A stretch of 64,000 nucleotides of DNA, from NCBI GenBank assembly GCA_013239625.1, contig MU054323.1, positions 11,057,815 through 11,121,814 of the forward strand, read 5' to 3'. Positions within the stretch are counted from its first letter, which is position 1; every line of letters begins with the position of its first letter. Origin of the DNA: Lama guanicoe (lineage: Eukaryota). The position numbers were made by a program, and so were the translations under genes. Shown piece by piece: positions 38,409 through 51,542 of the stretch. The notes beneath the pieces were generated by a model. The model had not been told where the DNA came from. It did not search any database and was given only the letters and a program-made list of their open reading frames with translations.

Positions 38409-39671
38409 GCTAGGAATTGTGTCCACTGGGGTTCACTATATTAATCTCTGATTTTATCTACATGTTGAAATATTATAAATATATTTTTATATTTGTATTA
38501 TGTGTTACAAATACAAAAATAGTTTTTAAATTGGACTGGATTAATCATATTTCTCAGTTCATGGCACTTTACCTTTACTGGTCTGAATAAGGCCTCTTAT
38601 TTTACTAATTCTTGTTTTCTTAGTAAGTACTTTGAACTTGGGATGGAAGCAGTGTTGAATGACAGGAGATCTTGATATCTTGGTAAGGGGAAAGAATGAT
38701 GGGCTTGCACTCCTAGCATGAGTCCAGATTTCCTCTAATTGCTATCTGTTAGCCTCCAGCATCTCTCCTCAGCTTGTGGGAGCCAGAAACCCAGTTAGAA
38801 AGTCGCAGTTCTTCTCCAGAGAAATGTAAACAAGAATTGTGATGAATGCAATGGTCCCAACTCTTTGTATGGTTTTAGAAAAATTGTTTCACCCTTTGTT
38901 CCTAATTCTCTGAAAGCACTAGGCTTGCCCCCAAGGAGTCCCTTCCCTACCCCCTTAGAGCCAACATCTGCCCTCCATCCTCACCAGCCAGCAACTGTTT
39001 CCCCAGATGCAGGTCACCTCTCTGAGAAATGCGAAGAAAACTTTCCCACATCTGGTGACTTCCAGGTTCCCTTTCAGGGCAGCCTGCAAAACCCTCAAGG
39101 AGTAAAAACCCCAGAAAGAGGTGGGGGCAGAGTGCTGGGAGAAGGAAGAGAAACTTGTGCTCTGGCCAGTTCTGTTCTGCACCGTGCAGCGAAACACAAG
39201 CGGTGCTTGGAAGTCGCCGTGAAATGCGATGCCTTTGAGAAGTTCCGTGGAAAGAATGACATCATGACCAACCACTCCCCCCACCCCACCTTTTTTCCAG
39301 TGGGAGTGAGAAATAAATAGGCTGACACATTTTCCAGTCAGGGAGCGATTCTGGAGAGCAAGTTTACCTTGGCACGGGAGCTCAGGTGGGGCTGTGAGAA
39401 ACCTTATCTGTGCTTGCCCAGTAAACAAGGAGCCCTCGAACTCTCCGAAGCCTTGGCCACTAAGCAGGTGACCACAGCAGGTGAGCAGAGCAAGCCATGT
39501 GCTGCCCGGAGCCACTGCAGAACTAGCCTGGCCCCGAGCAGGATGTTATAAGTAAATATTGCCTACACTTGACTGACCGACTCATTTACTGACTGTCATT
39601 TACTGAATGGTTGCCAAGAGAAATGCCATCACACCCACTAGATTCAAAGGTGAAACGGACGTCCCTTAATT

Positions 39672-39830
39672 CAGTGTTTCTCAAACTGCATCTGGTGCAT
39701 CTGGTCACCTGGGGGCTCTCGTTGAAATGTAGCTTCTGATTCAGCAGGTTGGGGCAGGGCTGAGAAATCATATTTCTAATAAGCTGCCAGGTGATGCTGG
39801 TGGTGTTGGTCTCCAGATCACACTGTGAGC
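39672..39830. mobile_element. MER5A-like element
   Basis: cagtgtttctcaaact...ttctgattcagcaggttggggcagggctgagaa...tttctaataagctgccaggtgatgctg. Confidence 0.75.
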
Positions 39831-42800
39831 TAGCAAAGTCTTAATGTTCAGATGACTGTGCATTTTACACAATCGAGAGAGTTACCGTTTAAGGAGCTCC
39901 GTTGGACTCTGTGACAGGTGCTGCACCAGCTGTTTTCTCTCAGCTAGCCCTTTAACTCTTCGTACCAGCTTTGTTAGTGGGCGTTGTTATCCCTGCCCCT
40001 TCCTTGGCAGGTAAGGAAATTGAGGTTAAGAGAGGTTAATTCCTGCTATGTAAGTGTCATTTCCAAGAGTTTCATTGCTGCCTTCCCTCCCCTTCCCAGC
40101 AATCTGAAATTACCCAAAGGATAATAAACACCCCATGGTGGGGCTGGGAGTTGTCTGCTTGTGCTGATCGGTCCTTTTGACACCTGAGAATGAGTAATTC
40201 CTTTTGTACAGAATCATCAGGGCCAAGCACAAGAATTCAGGAACCCTAGGGTGAACATTTGGCCCTGTAAGCCTTGGCCTCAGTAGAGACAGTCACTCAG
40301 AAGGGTGGACGTGTCAGGTTTTCAAATTCCTCTGGTACTGATGTATTCACCCCTAGGACATGTGATTTGAGATTCTTAATACCGGGAGGAGATGCTTTGA
40401 TGTGTCAGCTTGGAAAGAATGCCTCTTAAGGGACATTCATGACTGCAGGAGGGAAAAAAAAGTGCCCCAGCTTGTGGAAATACCAAAGTGAAGGCAGTTA
40501 TAACTGACTGACCCACCTGGAGATATTCAAATACCTTGAAGAACTGTGATGCGCCCTTGCAGAACCCAGACAGCTTCCAGGTATGAACTTGCATCACGTC
40601 TGCATCTCAAGGAGCAAGGCGGCCAACTGGCTCCTTCGGGCTACACACAAAGCAAAGAGGGAAAAAAAATATGAGACTCTCCCACAGACCCTTGGAAGAC
40701 CTGAGTTCTGGTAACCGCTCAGGAAGTCAGACTGAGCTCCAGTCGGACTTCTAGAGCTCCATTAGCATTTGAATCTCATTAATAGTGGTTCCAAATGCAA
40801 CTGTGATTGGTACTGCAGGGTGGGGGAGGTCAGGTTCAGGCCCTCCTGGAGGTTCACAGCTCCATCCCTGGGAAGCTGTTACGCAGAAGAAAATACACAG
40901 AGCAGCAAGTTCTGGACAAATTGAAGGCCTCCAAAGACGTCGTATTTAATTTTTTTTATTTACATATTATATCATCCTAGAAAGTATTTGAGGGATTTTA
41001 TGGAAACCACATAAAATAAAGTTAAAAATAAGAGGAGAGACTATGGGAGGAGGGAAAAAAAAGGTAGAAGAAGATTAAGCCTCGTGCAGTCGATACCTCT
41101 TCAACTACTGTAAGGTCCCATGCACTTGGACTAAGGTACCTTTAAATGAAACTCTCACTTCCTAACCTACAAGGCAAAGTGCAAGGAAAGCTTGTGCAGC
41201 ACTCACTGCTCCTATGCTGTAAAAAATTAAGCACCTGCTTCAGAGAAGCACAGCTGTGTCTGATGCTGAGGCCCCCATGGGGCTTCACGAGGGAGAATCA
41301 GATGACTCAGTGGAACGTCATTGAGTGTCCTCATACCAGCTCCACGGGAAGCCCCACAGGTTGCTTCGTGGGGACGTTCCCTGTACTGTGCTCAGTGCAG
41401 GCCAGTGGCCGGCCAGGGCCTAGTCCACTGAGAGCAATTGTGACTGACTCCAGAGTGACCCCACTGAGCTGGCTCAATCCCACTATAAAAATCAGAGGCA
41501 AGGAACTGCTTTGGGAATCTGACTGCTCGATTTCTAAGCACTCCCCAGGCCTGCCTCTCTGGGAATCTGAGTTCAGTTTGCTCTCCAGGTCTCGTGCCCA
41601 CCTCACTCAAGTGCTTTGGAGTGTGAGTCCCTAGTGCTTCCAGCAAATCTACAGACAATGATGGTGAAGATGGGTGATGTGACATGCAGCCCGTCCGCGA
41701 GCTGGGCAGCGGTCTTCTCAGCGTGACTTGCTGGGCACAGAGCAGTTTCTTTTCCTGGGCAAGCACAGGCCGAGGAGCCAGAGGACCGAGTTCTGCTCTC
41801 TGATATCAGAGTTGAGAAAAGTCAACTCTTCTCCCTGGGCCTTAGTTCTGTTGCCTGCAAAACAGAGAAGATGGGTGGCATCTAACCTGTCCCTTCTCTG
41901 AGAATCCCCCCAGCTGTGTCCTCTGCAATGCACAGCACACCAAAGTGAGGTAGTAGAGCAGGGATGCAAGCTTTGGGGTCTGTGGGAGAAATGGAAATGT
42001 GCTGCCCGGACCCCCTTTCAGAGGAGGCCACGCTGCCAGCTGCGGTGAGGGGGTCAGGACACTGCCTCCAGCTGCCAGCTCCTGCAAGGTCAGCCTTGGC
42101 TGAAGAGAGCCTCTTCACCTAAGATCATGCCTTCCTCAGGACAGCCCACACCGCTGACGCAGGGGAACAAAGGTCCAGGCATTTTGTCCCAGTGCAGAAC
42201 ACTCTGGTAGGTAGTCTTTACCCAAAGCTCCCCGTAGGTTTGGCAGAGGTGTGTTGAGCCTGCATCACTATCATCACCTTTAGACTTCTTTTTCAGCCCA
42301 AGCCTGCTCTTCTCCTTCCTTTCATCGGTGCTAGTCCCAAACCCTGTCTCCACAGCTGCCTTTGAAGAACCTAATCTGCACCAGGGTCGAAGCACCCATG
42401 GCACAGAGACCTGCCAGGCACTTGACCTTTAGAACAGAAGTCTTAGCCACCATGGACCCCAGAAGGAGAGAAACAACTGGTGTGGGTGATATGACAACAC
42501 TTTTCATGTGCTGCAGCTCAACACAGCTGCAACTCACTGGGCAGTCATCACGTGGACGCCCCCCACTCCCTGGTCTAAAACGGACATGACCCTCTTCTCC
42601 CCAAACCAGCCCCTTCTAAACTTTGCTTTTCCAGCAGAAAGTGACAGTTTTCCAGTCACTCAAGCTCAAGGACTCCAAGTCTTTTCCAGTTCCCTCCCCC
42701 TTCTGCTCCCACATCCAAACAGTTACTGAGTTCTGAAGCCTCCATCTGTGGCCTCTCCCCTCATCGTCTGCATCCCCCACTGACACAACCTCCCTCTTTG

Positions 42801-45800
42801 GCCATCATGGCAGCTCCCTTTCTGACCTCCCTTTCTCCAGTCCGCCCCTCCTTTCCAACTATCAGATTGTCATCCCCCAGTGGATCCCTGTCACAATGAT
42901 GGCCCCCGCTGCATCATCACTCTGCAGAAGGAAGAGAATGCAAGATACCTTGGAATCACACCAGCCCTCACACCTGTTTCCCCTGAAGTCACGGGGAGGT
43001 ATTTGTTGCTGCCTGTGACAAATACTCAGACATAAACAAAGGTGATAAAACACCGTGAATTGGATGAGAAGTTTCTATTTCTATTTGGATTGAGATCAGC
43101 ATTATTTCCCTAGCTTAGACCCAGAAAACAGAGCATTTGTTTAACTGCCGAGGTGCCCCTGGCACATAAGTGTGCATGTTTGTGTGGACATGTGGAGGTC
43201 CCAAGGACAAAAGAAGAATGGGGTGACTTGCTGGCACTCAATACCAGGGTACGTCTTAATGTTCCTTGTTGAACAAACAACTTTCATCTGCCTGTGTGCC
43301 CATGTGCCAAAAGGAGTGCTGTGAAGGTGGGACACCATGTCCTCGGTGCACACAATCCAAGGAATTTGCTGGGAAGAGGGAGGCATGGGTTATCAACCAC
43401 TGTATTTGGTATCATTCTCTCCTAAGAGAACTGGCTTAGCCTCTCTTGCTCAGAAAAGAAAAGAGTTGTTGCCTTTGCTATGTTTTCCCGTTAACAAGCA
43501 ACAAAATGAAATAATTGATGCAGGTTTCACTTTCCCATCTTTTTACTGTTCATCTCCACGTATATCCAGTAGAGGATAATTTAACACCACACTTCTTTGC
43601 CAAGGAAGTTGAGTGTTTGCTGTTACTGCTCCATCATGTGTGACTAGCGGAGGGCAGGGACTATCAGGCCCATCTTACAGATGAGCAAACTGAGGCTAGA
43701 CAATTGAAGAGACCTGTTCATTCTCTTATTCAGAAGGTCAGACAACATCATATCTGATGTATAATTCATTAGTCTTTCTATTTTCTTTTTAAATGGCAAA
43801 ATAAGTAAGCATTGTGGAAGATTAGGGTCTCAGAGATGCCACCCCTACATAAATAAAAGCACATGGTTAGGGCTGGGGAACGCCCACCCCCGCCCCTACC
43901 CTAGCCTCCAGAAAGACTAAAACATGCCTAATGGTCTAGAATTTTTCAATAGTAACATCAGAGGCATTAAAGAGTGAAGTTAGGAAAGAGCCTAGGGAGG
44001 GTCTCCTTCCCTCTTTCCAGTTTTCATTTCCTAAGAGGAGGCCTGGGTGAGGAGGAGCAAGATGGCCAGATGTTCACTCAGAGGGTGGCTGGGGGTTCAA
44101 GGCAAGATTCCAGCAGTGGTTCAGGCTTCAGATGTCGGGGTGGGAGGTGTGGGCGGCCAGCTGCCCCATCGTCCTCAGCAGCTGGTGAGCAGTACTGTGT
44201 CCAGCTCTGTCGGAGCCCAAATGTGCCACACTGTTTATTCACTAGGCTTAGAAACCCTTTGTGGAAGCCTCTGTCGCCTCAGGCCCTCATCGAGCATGTG
44301 AAAAGGCCTTTCTCTCCATCACCACCTGTCACCAGCTTTGTTCAGGCTGGTGCAGGACTTCAGCAGGGATGTCAGAACCACCTCTCCTGGTGCACACCTG
44401 AGCTTCTTGGCCTAGCCTGGGCTTGGGCAGGGGCCCTGAGTGCCTGGAGTCCACTTGGAGAAGTCCCCTTTGGTCTGAAGCTCTGTCCCTTCTTAGTAAA
44501 AAGAAAGGAAGAAAATAGTCTGCCCAGACTTGTTTTTACCCCTCCCCATTGATCAGTGGAGTTAGTCTGCTACAGTGCTGTTGTCAGATTAGCGCTGGAG
44601 GATTCCAATCAGATCCCTCCAGAAGGGCTGTGACCGACTAGGGAAGTCATTTTATATGTATACCCTTGGTGGCATCCACCCAGCACTTCTGAGGGGTTCA
44701 CTTCCTTCTCTGTCTTCTCACAGCATGGTTTCCCCTCAGACCCCTACTGCCAACCATCATCCAAACTCTGGGACTCAGAGATCTTCCCTCTTACCCACTT
44801 ACCCTGCCAGAAATGGCCGTATTAGACGGAGGCCCTGGAGGTACTGTGAGCATGTCATTCTCACCATAGTGTGAATTTATTTGGCAGATCAAGTTTGCTT
44901 GTCTGACAGCTGCCTGAGATTTAAGGAGCTGAAGGATGGACGTTGCAGCAGAAAAGAAAAGGGTGGCTTTGGAGTTTGGAAAGCTGTTATAGAGGAGGGA
45001 GCGTGGGTTTCTTGCGATCAGTGGGTGCCCGGAGGTGGTCAAAGAGAGGTGTGAAACAAGAGAAGATGGAAAGGGGAAGTCTCAGAAGAAGCAATTCATG
45101 TAAACTCTATCTGACCTACTTAACACTTCTGCTGAGGCCCCACCCAACTGGAGGAGAAGTGCTGATATTAACTCAAAATAACGTAGAGGCGAGGAAAATG
45201 GGATTGGTTTGGCTAAGAAGTGACAGACTTTTTTCCTGCCAGAAATTCGGAGCTCAGTCCATCCTGCAGAGCACAAGGCCTTTTCCTAACAAACAAGCAT
45301 TCCATTCCACAGGCAGATGCGGAGCCCTAGGGGCCTGCAGTGCCCCTCCACCAGATCCGAATTCTTCTGCTCACTGCTAGTTCCCAGCCCATCCTGGCAC
45401 TTTCTCACTGCCCCCGCCCACCGCCTTTGCTTATGCTGTTCCGGTTGCTAAGACTGTCCTTCTCTGGCTTTTACCCATCCTTTGAGGCCAGCTCAGTAGC
45501 ATCCTTTCGTAGCTTTTCCTGATAACATTCATTCATTCATTCAACAAATATTTCTTGCATGCCTATTCTGTGCCAGGCACCCTTCTGGGTGGTGATGGTA
45601 CAGCAGTAAACCAAACAGACTCAGTCCTACCTCTTAAAGAGCTTAGATTTGGGTGGTCAGCACTGGCTCCCCAAGACAAATCAGGACATCCCCCTACCCA
45701 TGCACACATTTCTGTCACAGCAGGTATCAGATGGTCTGGTTCTCCCAATCTCCCTAGTGATAGACACCATGACAAGCATCAGAGGCAGCTTCTGATTTCT

Positions 45801-46829
45801 TGATAAAAGGAACTTGGGGGTAGAAAATCTGGTAGGAAGGGTAGAGGCTAGGGGTCTTATATGGAAACTGCACTTACATAGCATATATGCTGTTTTTATT
45901 CGGCTTTATAATTATTTAGGGGTGCACTAAAGCAATTTAGTGATTTGTCTCAGAGCTGTGTTGGCCTGGCAGAACCCCTGTGATCACGTAGTGTGTGTGT
46001 GTGTCTATTTGGGATGGTTTTGAGGGTGATGGAGATGGGAGAGAACTAAAGATCTCCTAAAGCAATTCCTTGGAACTCCACCACCTGGCACATGGTAGGT
46101 GCTGAATACCTGTTGGTAAAACTCTTATTGAAAGGTCAAGAAGGTGTAATATAGACCCAGCTATGTGATCCTAAGGCCAGGCTCCACGTGGGTGTGAAGT
46201 ACACTGGGGACTCCAGTAAGCTGGCGTTAACTCGGGTTACAGAGTTGGCAGAAGCATTCAGAAGGCGCTGCTCCCTGTGCATAATTCACTGCTCGTTCCT
46301 CCAAGGAGGAGCGGTGGGTGTGAAATCAACAGGGACAGACGCAGCTGTCCCTGGAGGAAGCTAGCTGACATCCTGTATATTTGAAAAGAAAACTGAAAGT
46401 GCTTTTCTTCACAAGAAACTATTGTAAGTGTTTTTCTCTGTTTTCCTAACCCCACAGGTATCATGGAGTTTCTCTGGTCCAGAGCTGTGGGTGAAATGGG
46501 GGGAGGTGACGTGTTAGGGTGATATGAAGGGAATTTAGATTGTTCTGTGGTCCATGCTCTTTGTCTAATTCAAGGAAGGTATCAGCCTGCTGGAGCCCAC
46601 CCCGAGGAGCCCTCTGCTATATGATCTGTGTCCTGGTGATAGTAACCTCTTTTCTGGCTGTTAAAGTGCATTCCTGGGTAGATGTGGAAAGAGAGAAAGC
46701 ACGCTAGGGCCGGAGCCAGGACAGGAATGTGAGTGTTTCCTTAATTGGACACGAGGGCCTTGAACTGGTTCCAGTTTTAGTGTTTTCTTTTAAGAGCCTG
46801 GACTGTAAAGGTTCCATAGAGTTTTCTTT

Positions 46830-46902
46830 CTTTGAAAAATCCCTTTGGTTCAAAGGCCCCTTGGTAGAAATAAAGAGTAAGCCAGGGCTGAATCTCTTTG
46901 AT
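46830..46902. promoter_or_regulatory. Cluster of three TCF/LEF consensus sites (candidate Wnt-responsive enhancer of LBH)
   Basis: CTTTGAA 46830-46836, TTCAAAG 46849-46855 and CTTTGAT 46896-46902, in non-repetitive sequence. Confidence 0.55.
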
Positions 46903-49880
46903 ATTTGGGAAAGCAAGAGTTCACGGGCTGCCAGATCCCAGGGGGTGAGCATGTTGGAGAACGATGGAGGCTCCTTGTGAGATGGCACAGCGCAAGAGTA
47001 CCCACGGGCTTTATTGGCTACAGAGCCCTGGTGATGGGCTGCAAAGCACTTCCCTTTTGAGCATTTATAGAAGCAATTTCTCTCAGCCTTCTTAGCACTC
47101 CAAGAGTGAAAAAGAGACATCTATTGCCTGCTTTTATTGCTTTAGGAATCTGAGACAGAGAGGTCACACAACTTGCCTGGGGACTTACAGCAAAGTCAGT
47201 GGAAGGCTGGAGGGTTCTGTCTGGTGGGTTCGGGTTGCTTTGTGTGGGGGACTGCTAATTCCATAATGGTCAAGGTGGGAAAGTGTGTCCATGCTCTCAG
47301 GCCCGCTCATTCATCATGTATCCAGAATGCAGCTTAATCCTTGCTGGGAAGAACTCATAGCGTGTGAGGGGAGCTGCTGGGACACTGGGACCACAGCAGT
47401 GCCCACCAGGCAGAGCTTCACTGCTTGCCTCTGGTGTCTGCCCCCCTCCCCCAGAAGCTGGAAACTTCAGTCAAGGGGCTCCAGGGGAAAATGGGGCAGT
47501 CTGTGGTTGAAATAAGTGAAAAACTGAGGCCGATGCAATCACGTCTGCTGAACCTCCTCTCTCCCCACACACCTTAAAAACAAGCTGTGCGTCTGTTCAG
47601 TGCTTTCCAACTTACCAAGTGTTTTCATAACATTATCTCATTTCATCCTCACATCAACCCACACACATTCTTGCCTTTCAGATTTCTTATATACTCAAAT
47701 GAGTTTCACTGAAAAATTGGCTAGAAACTCCCCTTCTCCCACTCACTATTTTTTTAAACCCAAGCCTTTGACTGACACCTTTGAGACATTCCCAGATTCC
47801 CAGGGTGGGAAATTTGTTTATTTTGCCAGCCCTACCCCACTGGATGGACACAAAATAGTCCTGATCTTTGCTGTTGGAATCAACACTTTTGTATTCAGTT
47901 TATGGATTAGCTGTTAAGACAAACAAACAAAACCACAGAGGCCAGGATAAATGTCATATTGTGGAGAAAACATAGGCTTTAGAACTAACAAGCCCCAGAA
48001 TCAAATTTTAGTTGAGCCATTTCAGAGTCAGATTACTTAACCTCTCAAAGCCTCTCCTTTTTCAGCTATAAAATGGGGCAACAGTGCCTCTGTCTTAAAG
48101 TTGTTTGCAAGACATAAATGTTCTAACAGATAGGAGCGTACCTCAGCAAGCTTACTTTGTGAAGTTCCTTTTAGCTAACCCAAGGTCCAGCTTCACCACT
48201 AGGTGAATTACAAGCAATACTGCCTTTTTGCAAAGCCAGAAGAGGAATAAAGTGTGGGAATATGTTACTAAATGAATGTAATTGGAGACTTTTTCTACTC
48301 CATGAATAATTAGCTACATGTCCTGAGTGTGTGACACAGTGATGCTTGAGCTAATGCTAATAAGATATAAAACTCGGTACTTTTATTCTTTTTTAAAATT
48401 CTTATTTCAGTTGAGAGAGAGAAGGAGCTGGGAAACTGGATTGATATAACATTGGAAAGCACGGAAGTTCTGATTACCCTTGGATTTTTATTGAAGCAGA
48501 ATTGCAATTCAGCTCTCTAGTTCCTGCAAAGGTAGGAGAAGGAAATACAGAAGGGTGTCTAGTTCCCTGGTCTGCACTTAGTAGATGCTCAGTAACTGTT
48601 GGTGGTGGACTGAGGGGGTTTCAAGAGACCAGATCCCATGTTTGACCTCTGCTGTTGACTTCCTGGCAAGTGCAGTGCAGGGCGTAGGTTTGCAGTGGAA
48701 AGAACATTTGACCAGCCATCTGAAGGCCTTGTTCAGGTTCCATCTATACCATTTAATATCCTGGCGACCTTGGACATGCCACTTAATCTCTTAGATGTCT
48801 TCTCACCTGTAAAATGAGGAGACTGGATTTGGTGATTTGGAAGGGCTCTTTAAGCTCTTGAGTTCTATGCAACTTCATTTGCTTGTGTTTCTGCTTCTTC
48901 ATTTACTCAAAGGCAGTAGGGATAGAAACCTATCTCATGGGATATTGGGAAGAAATGATCAGTCTGCAGGTTAAAATAACTTGTGTCTTTAGAGAGATGA
49001 AGGAAATGCATGATCCAGAGCAATGCAGCACAGTGGCTGTGTGATCCTGGGAAGCCCTTTCATTTATTTCCGCCTCGGTTGCCACATTTGTAAACTGGGG
49101 ACTGTACGTTGTGCTATGGTAATCTTTCTACATTCTTTTGAAAGTTGAGATAATAGAAATGCCTTGGAAACCTGCAAGACACTATATAAAGTATTATGAT
49201 TGAAGAGTGGTGTACTCATTATGGTTGCATCAAGGTTTGGCCCCATGATTCCCATATTTTCAAATGAATAAATGTGTCATGGGGACCCAGAAGGGAAACA
49301 GAAAGTGTAGATTTGGGGTCCCAACCCGAGGCTTACTTTCAACTCCATCTTACTGATGGAAATGAAATTTAGCTAAAATGGGCATTAAAACGAATTTTCT
49401 CCAAGAGGAGCATAAGATAATTACCTCAATGTTCTCCAAAGTAGGGAATTTTTCCGGAGGCTGGATATCTGCTGGTGAAGGCCTTACTTCCCATCCTCTT
49501 CTCCAGAATGAGGCCATTTTGACACTAAGGGATGTATGTGTGTCTGTGTGTCTGTGTGTCTGTGAGTGGTAGGAGCAGCTTTCTGAATTTTGAAAATTTC
49601 ACAAAGCGATAATCACAAAAATGTAATGCAGGGCTGTTGCTAAGTGAAAGTGGTGAGACAGTCTTTCATGCCAGGCCTTGCCAGGGATTGTTACTGGGGA
49701 GAGATGGCAGAAGGCATCAGTTCTGCTCACCAAGGGCCTAACTCAGGCACTGTCCTCTAAGTGCCCCAGAAAGTCCAGCCTGGAAACCAGCTCTCCAAAC
49801 ATTGGCTTCGCCTTTGGAGAAGTAGACGACAGGTCACATCTAGCCTTTGAGAAGCTTCCAAATCCTACGCACAAGGCACA

Positions 49881-49898
49881 CAGCGCCCCCTGTCGGCA
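49881..49898 (-). promoter_or_regulatory. CTCF core motif, reverse orientation, ~1.7 kb upstream of the LBH TATA box
   Basis: Reverse complement is TGCCGACAGGGGGCGCTG. Confidence 0.6.
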
Positions 49899-51468
49899 GT
49901 AGCGCTACACCGGACCCCCTACCCCTACCCCTCTGCCCACTCCTCGCCCCCGCCCCGCCATAGCACCTGTCCACAGAAAAACATCGCCCACCATCAGGAC
50001 TCTACCTCCAGAGGAGCAGAGTGGAGGTCGTATTTGGCAGCACAAATCAATTTCTGATTTATTTTGTGGCGAGAAGCTCCTGAATTTCTCTGGTTGGAGG
50101 GAGAAACCCGGGGTCTGGTCTTGAAGCTGCGTTTTCATGGGAAGTACACTGTTTTTATTCAGGTTGTATATATGAATGAGTGTAAAAAATAGCAAAGTTG
50201 GTTTTAATTTGATTATTCTTATCTATTATTCTTATTTGTGTTGGCTTGGGTGGGCTGATCAAAATTATGAGGGTCTCCTCATAGCCCTGCCAGTGTCAAA
50301 CCCTCGCCATAAATCCTATCCTTTTTACCTGAGATAGGCTGATATTTCCCCCTTTAAACACATATATATGTATTCAACACATTCCCTACCTTTCCATGCA
50401 CACTTAATTTTGCCTAGTTTTGGATACCATCCCCGCCACGTCCCTACCCACACACACACTTCCTCTGTCGCGAGGACACACTTGGGTCAGGGTTATAAAG
50501 ACATTTTACAGGAGGAGTCTTGAGGCAGAGGTGTGAAGCAACGCACTCCAGCCACAGAGGGGCAGACTCCCATCCGGGCTTTAGGGGCTGCGCACCGCCC
50601 GGAGAGACTCCTGGCGTTGCAATTCCTGGGCAGTGTGGGAGGGGTTCGGCTGAAGCTCTTTGTTTCTTCTTCTTGGAGCAGATCTGGGAGCCAAAGCTGG
50701 TGGAGTTTGCTTGCGCGGCGTCCACCAGCATCCCAAGACACCCGCCGCAGGCTGGGTGTACTTGTCCAATGGAAAAACCCTACGACGACAACACATCTTT
50801 TCTTATACAAATAAGACCCTCCACGGCTCTCAGGGCTGCAGACCAGCTCCTTGGAAGCTAACGCGACCCCAGGGCCATAAGGTCCTCCAGCTCTGCTTCC
50901 CTTCTCACCTTCCCACCGCCTCTTTGTTTTAGCTGTGCTCTCATTTCCACTCAGTTTCCTGGGGGTAGAGGAGACGTGCCTCGGGCGCAGCGATCGAGGT
51001 GCTGCGAGCGAGGATGCCTGGGAAAGGCCTAGTTTGGGGGATGAACGCTGAAGAGGAGTCCCGAGGTGGGGGCTGTAGACTGCTAGTGGGTGGAAAAGGG
51101 GGCGCTGGTTAAGGGATGGCGCCCTTCCCTGGCGTAGGGCGGCCGCTGAGCGGTCACAAGCGGAGCCTGCCCGGGCGCCCTCCTCACACCACGTCCTTTG
51201 CCCCCAAGCACCCCCGGGGTGTGTGCAGGGAGAGGGGCGCCGACGCGGGTGGGATTGTAAACGCGAAGCGGCGCTGACTTTGAACTCCGGCCCCCTTGCG
51301 TGCGTGTGTGCGCGCGCGTGTCCACGCGCGTGTCTGCCTGTGTGAATCGTGGGGAGGGGGTCGGGCTAGAAGCTACAGCAAACCACGGCTCTCGGGGAGC
51401 GGAGCCTAGCGCGCCCCCGAGCCGCCGCCCGCCGAAGCTGAGAGCGCCGAAGCCATTCATGATTTTGG

Positions 51469-51542
51469 TGACGTTATTCCAGGAGTGGGCGAGAGAGGGC
51501 GGGGCCTCCCGGGGCCGAGCCCCGCCCCCGCTCCTATAAATA
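51469..51542 (+). promoter_or_regulatory. LBH: LBH core promoter: CRE-like site, two GC boxes, TATA box
   Basis: TGACGTTA 51469-51476; GGGCGGGGC 51497-51505; CCCGCCCCC 51521-51529; TATAAATA 51535-51542. Inferred TSS about 51565, giving a ~205-nt 5' UTR with no ATG. Confidence 0.75.

Noticed and set aside
38865..39515. Overlapping 151-aa and 186-aa ORFs on opposite strands
   Set aside because: No recognisable homology; the region is better explained as non-coding regulatory sequence.
43974..44552. Longest ORF in the track (192 aa)
   Set aside because: Non-ATG start, no recognisable domain, no supporting exon structure; expected by chance in GC-richer DNA.
46424..46457. gtaagt...pyrimidine tract...ctaac...cag, resembling a mini-intron
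   Set aside because: 34 nt is far below the mammalian minimum intron size. The acceptor could belong to an unannotated transcript, but nothing in the sequence supports that.
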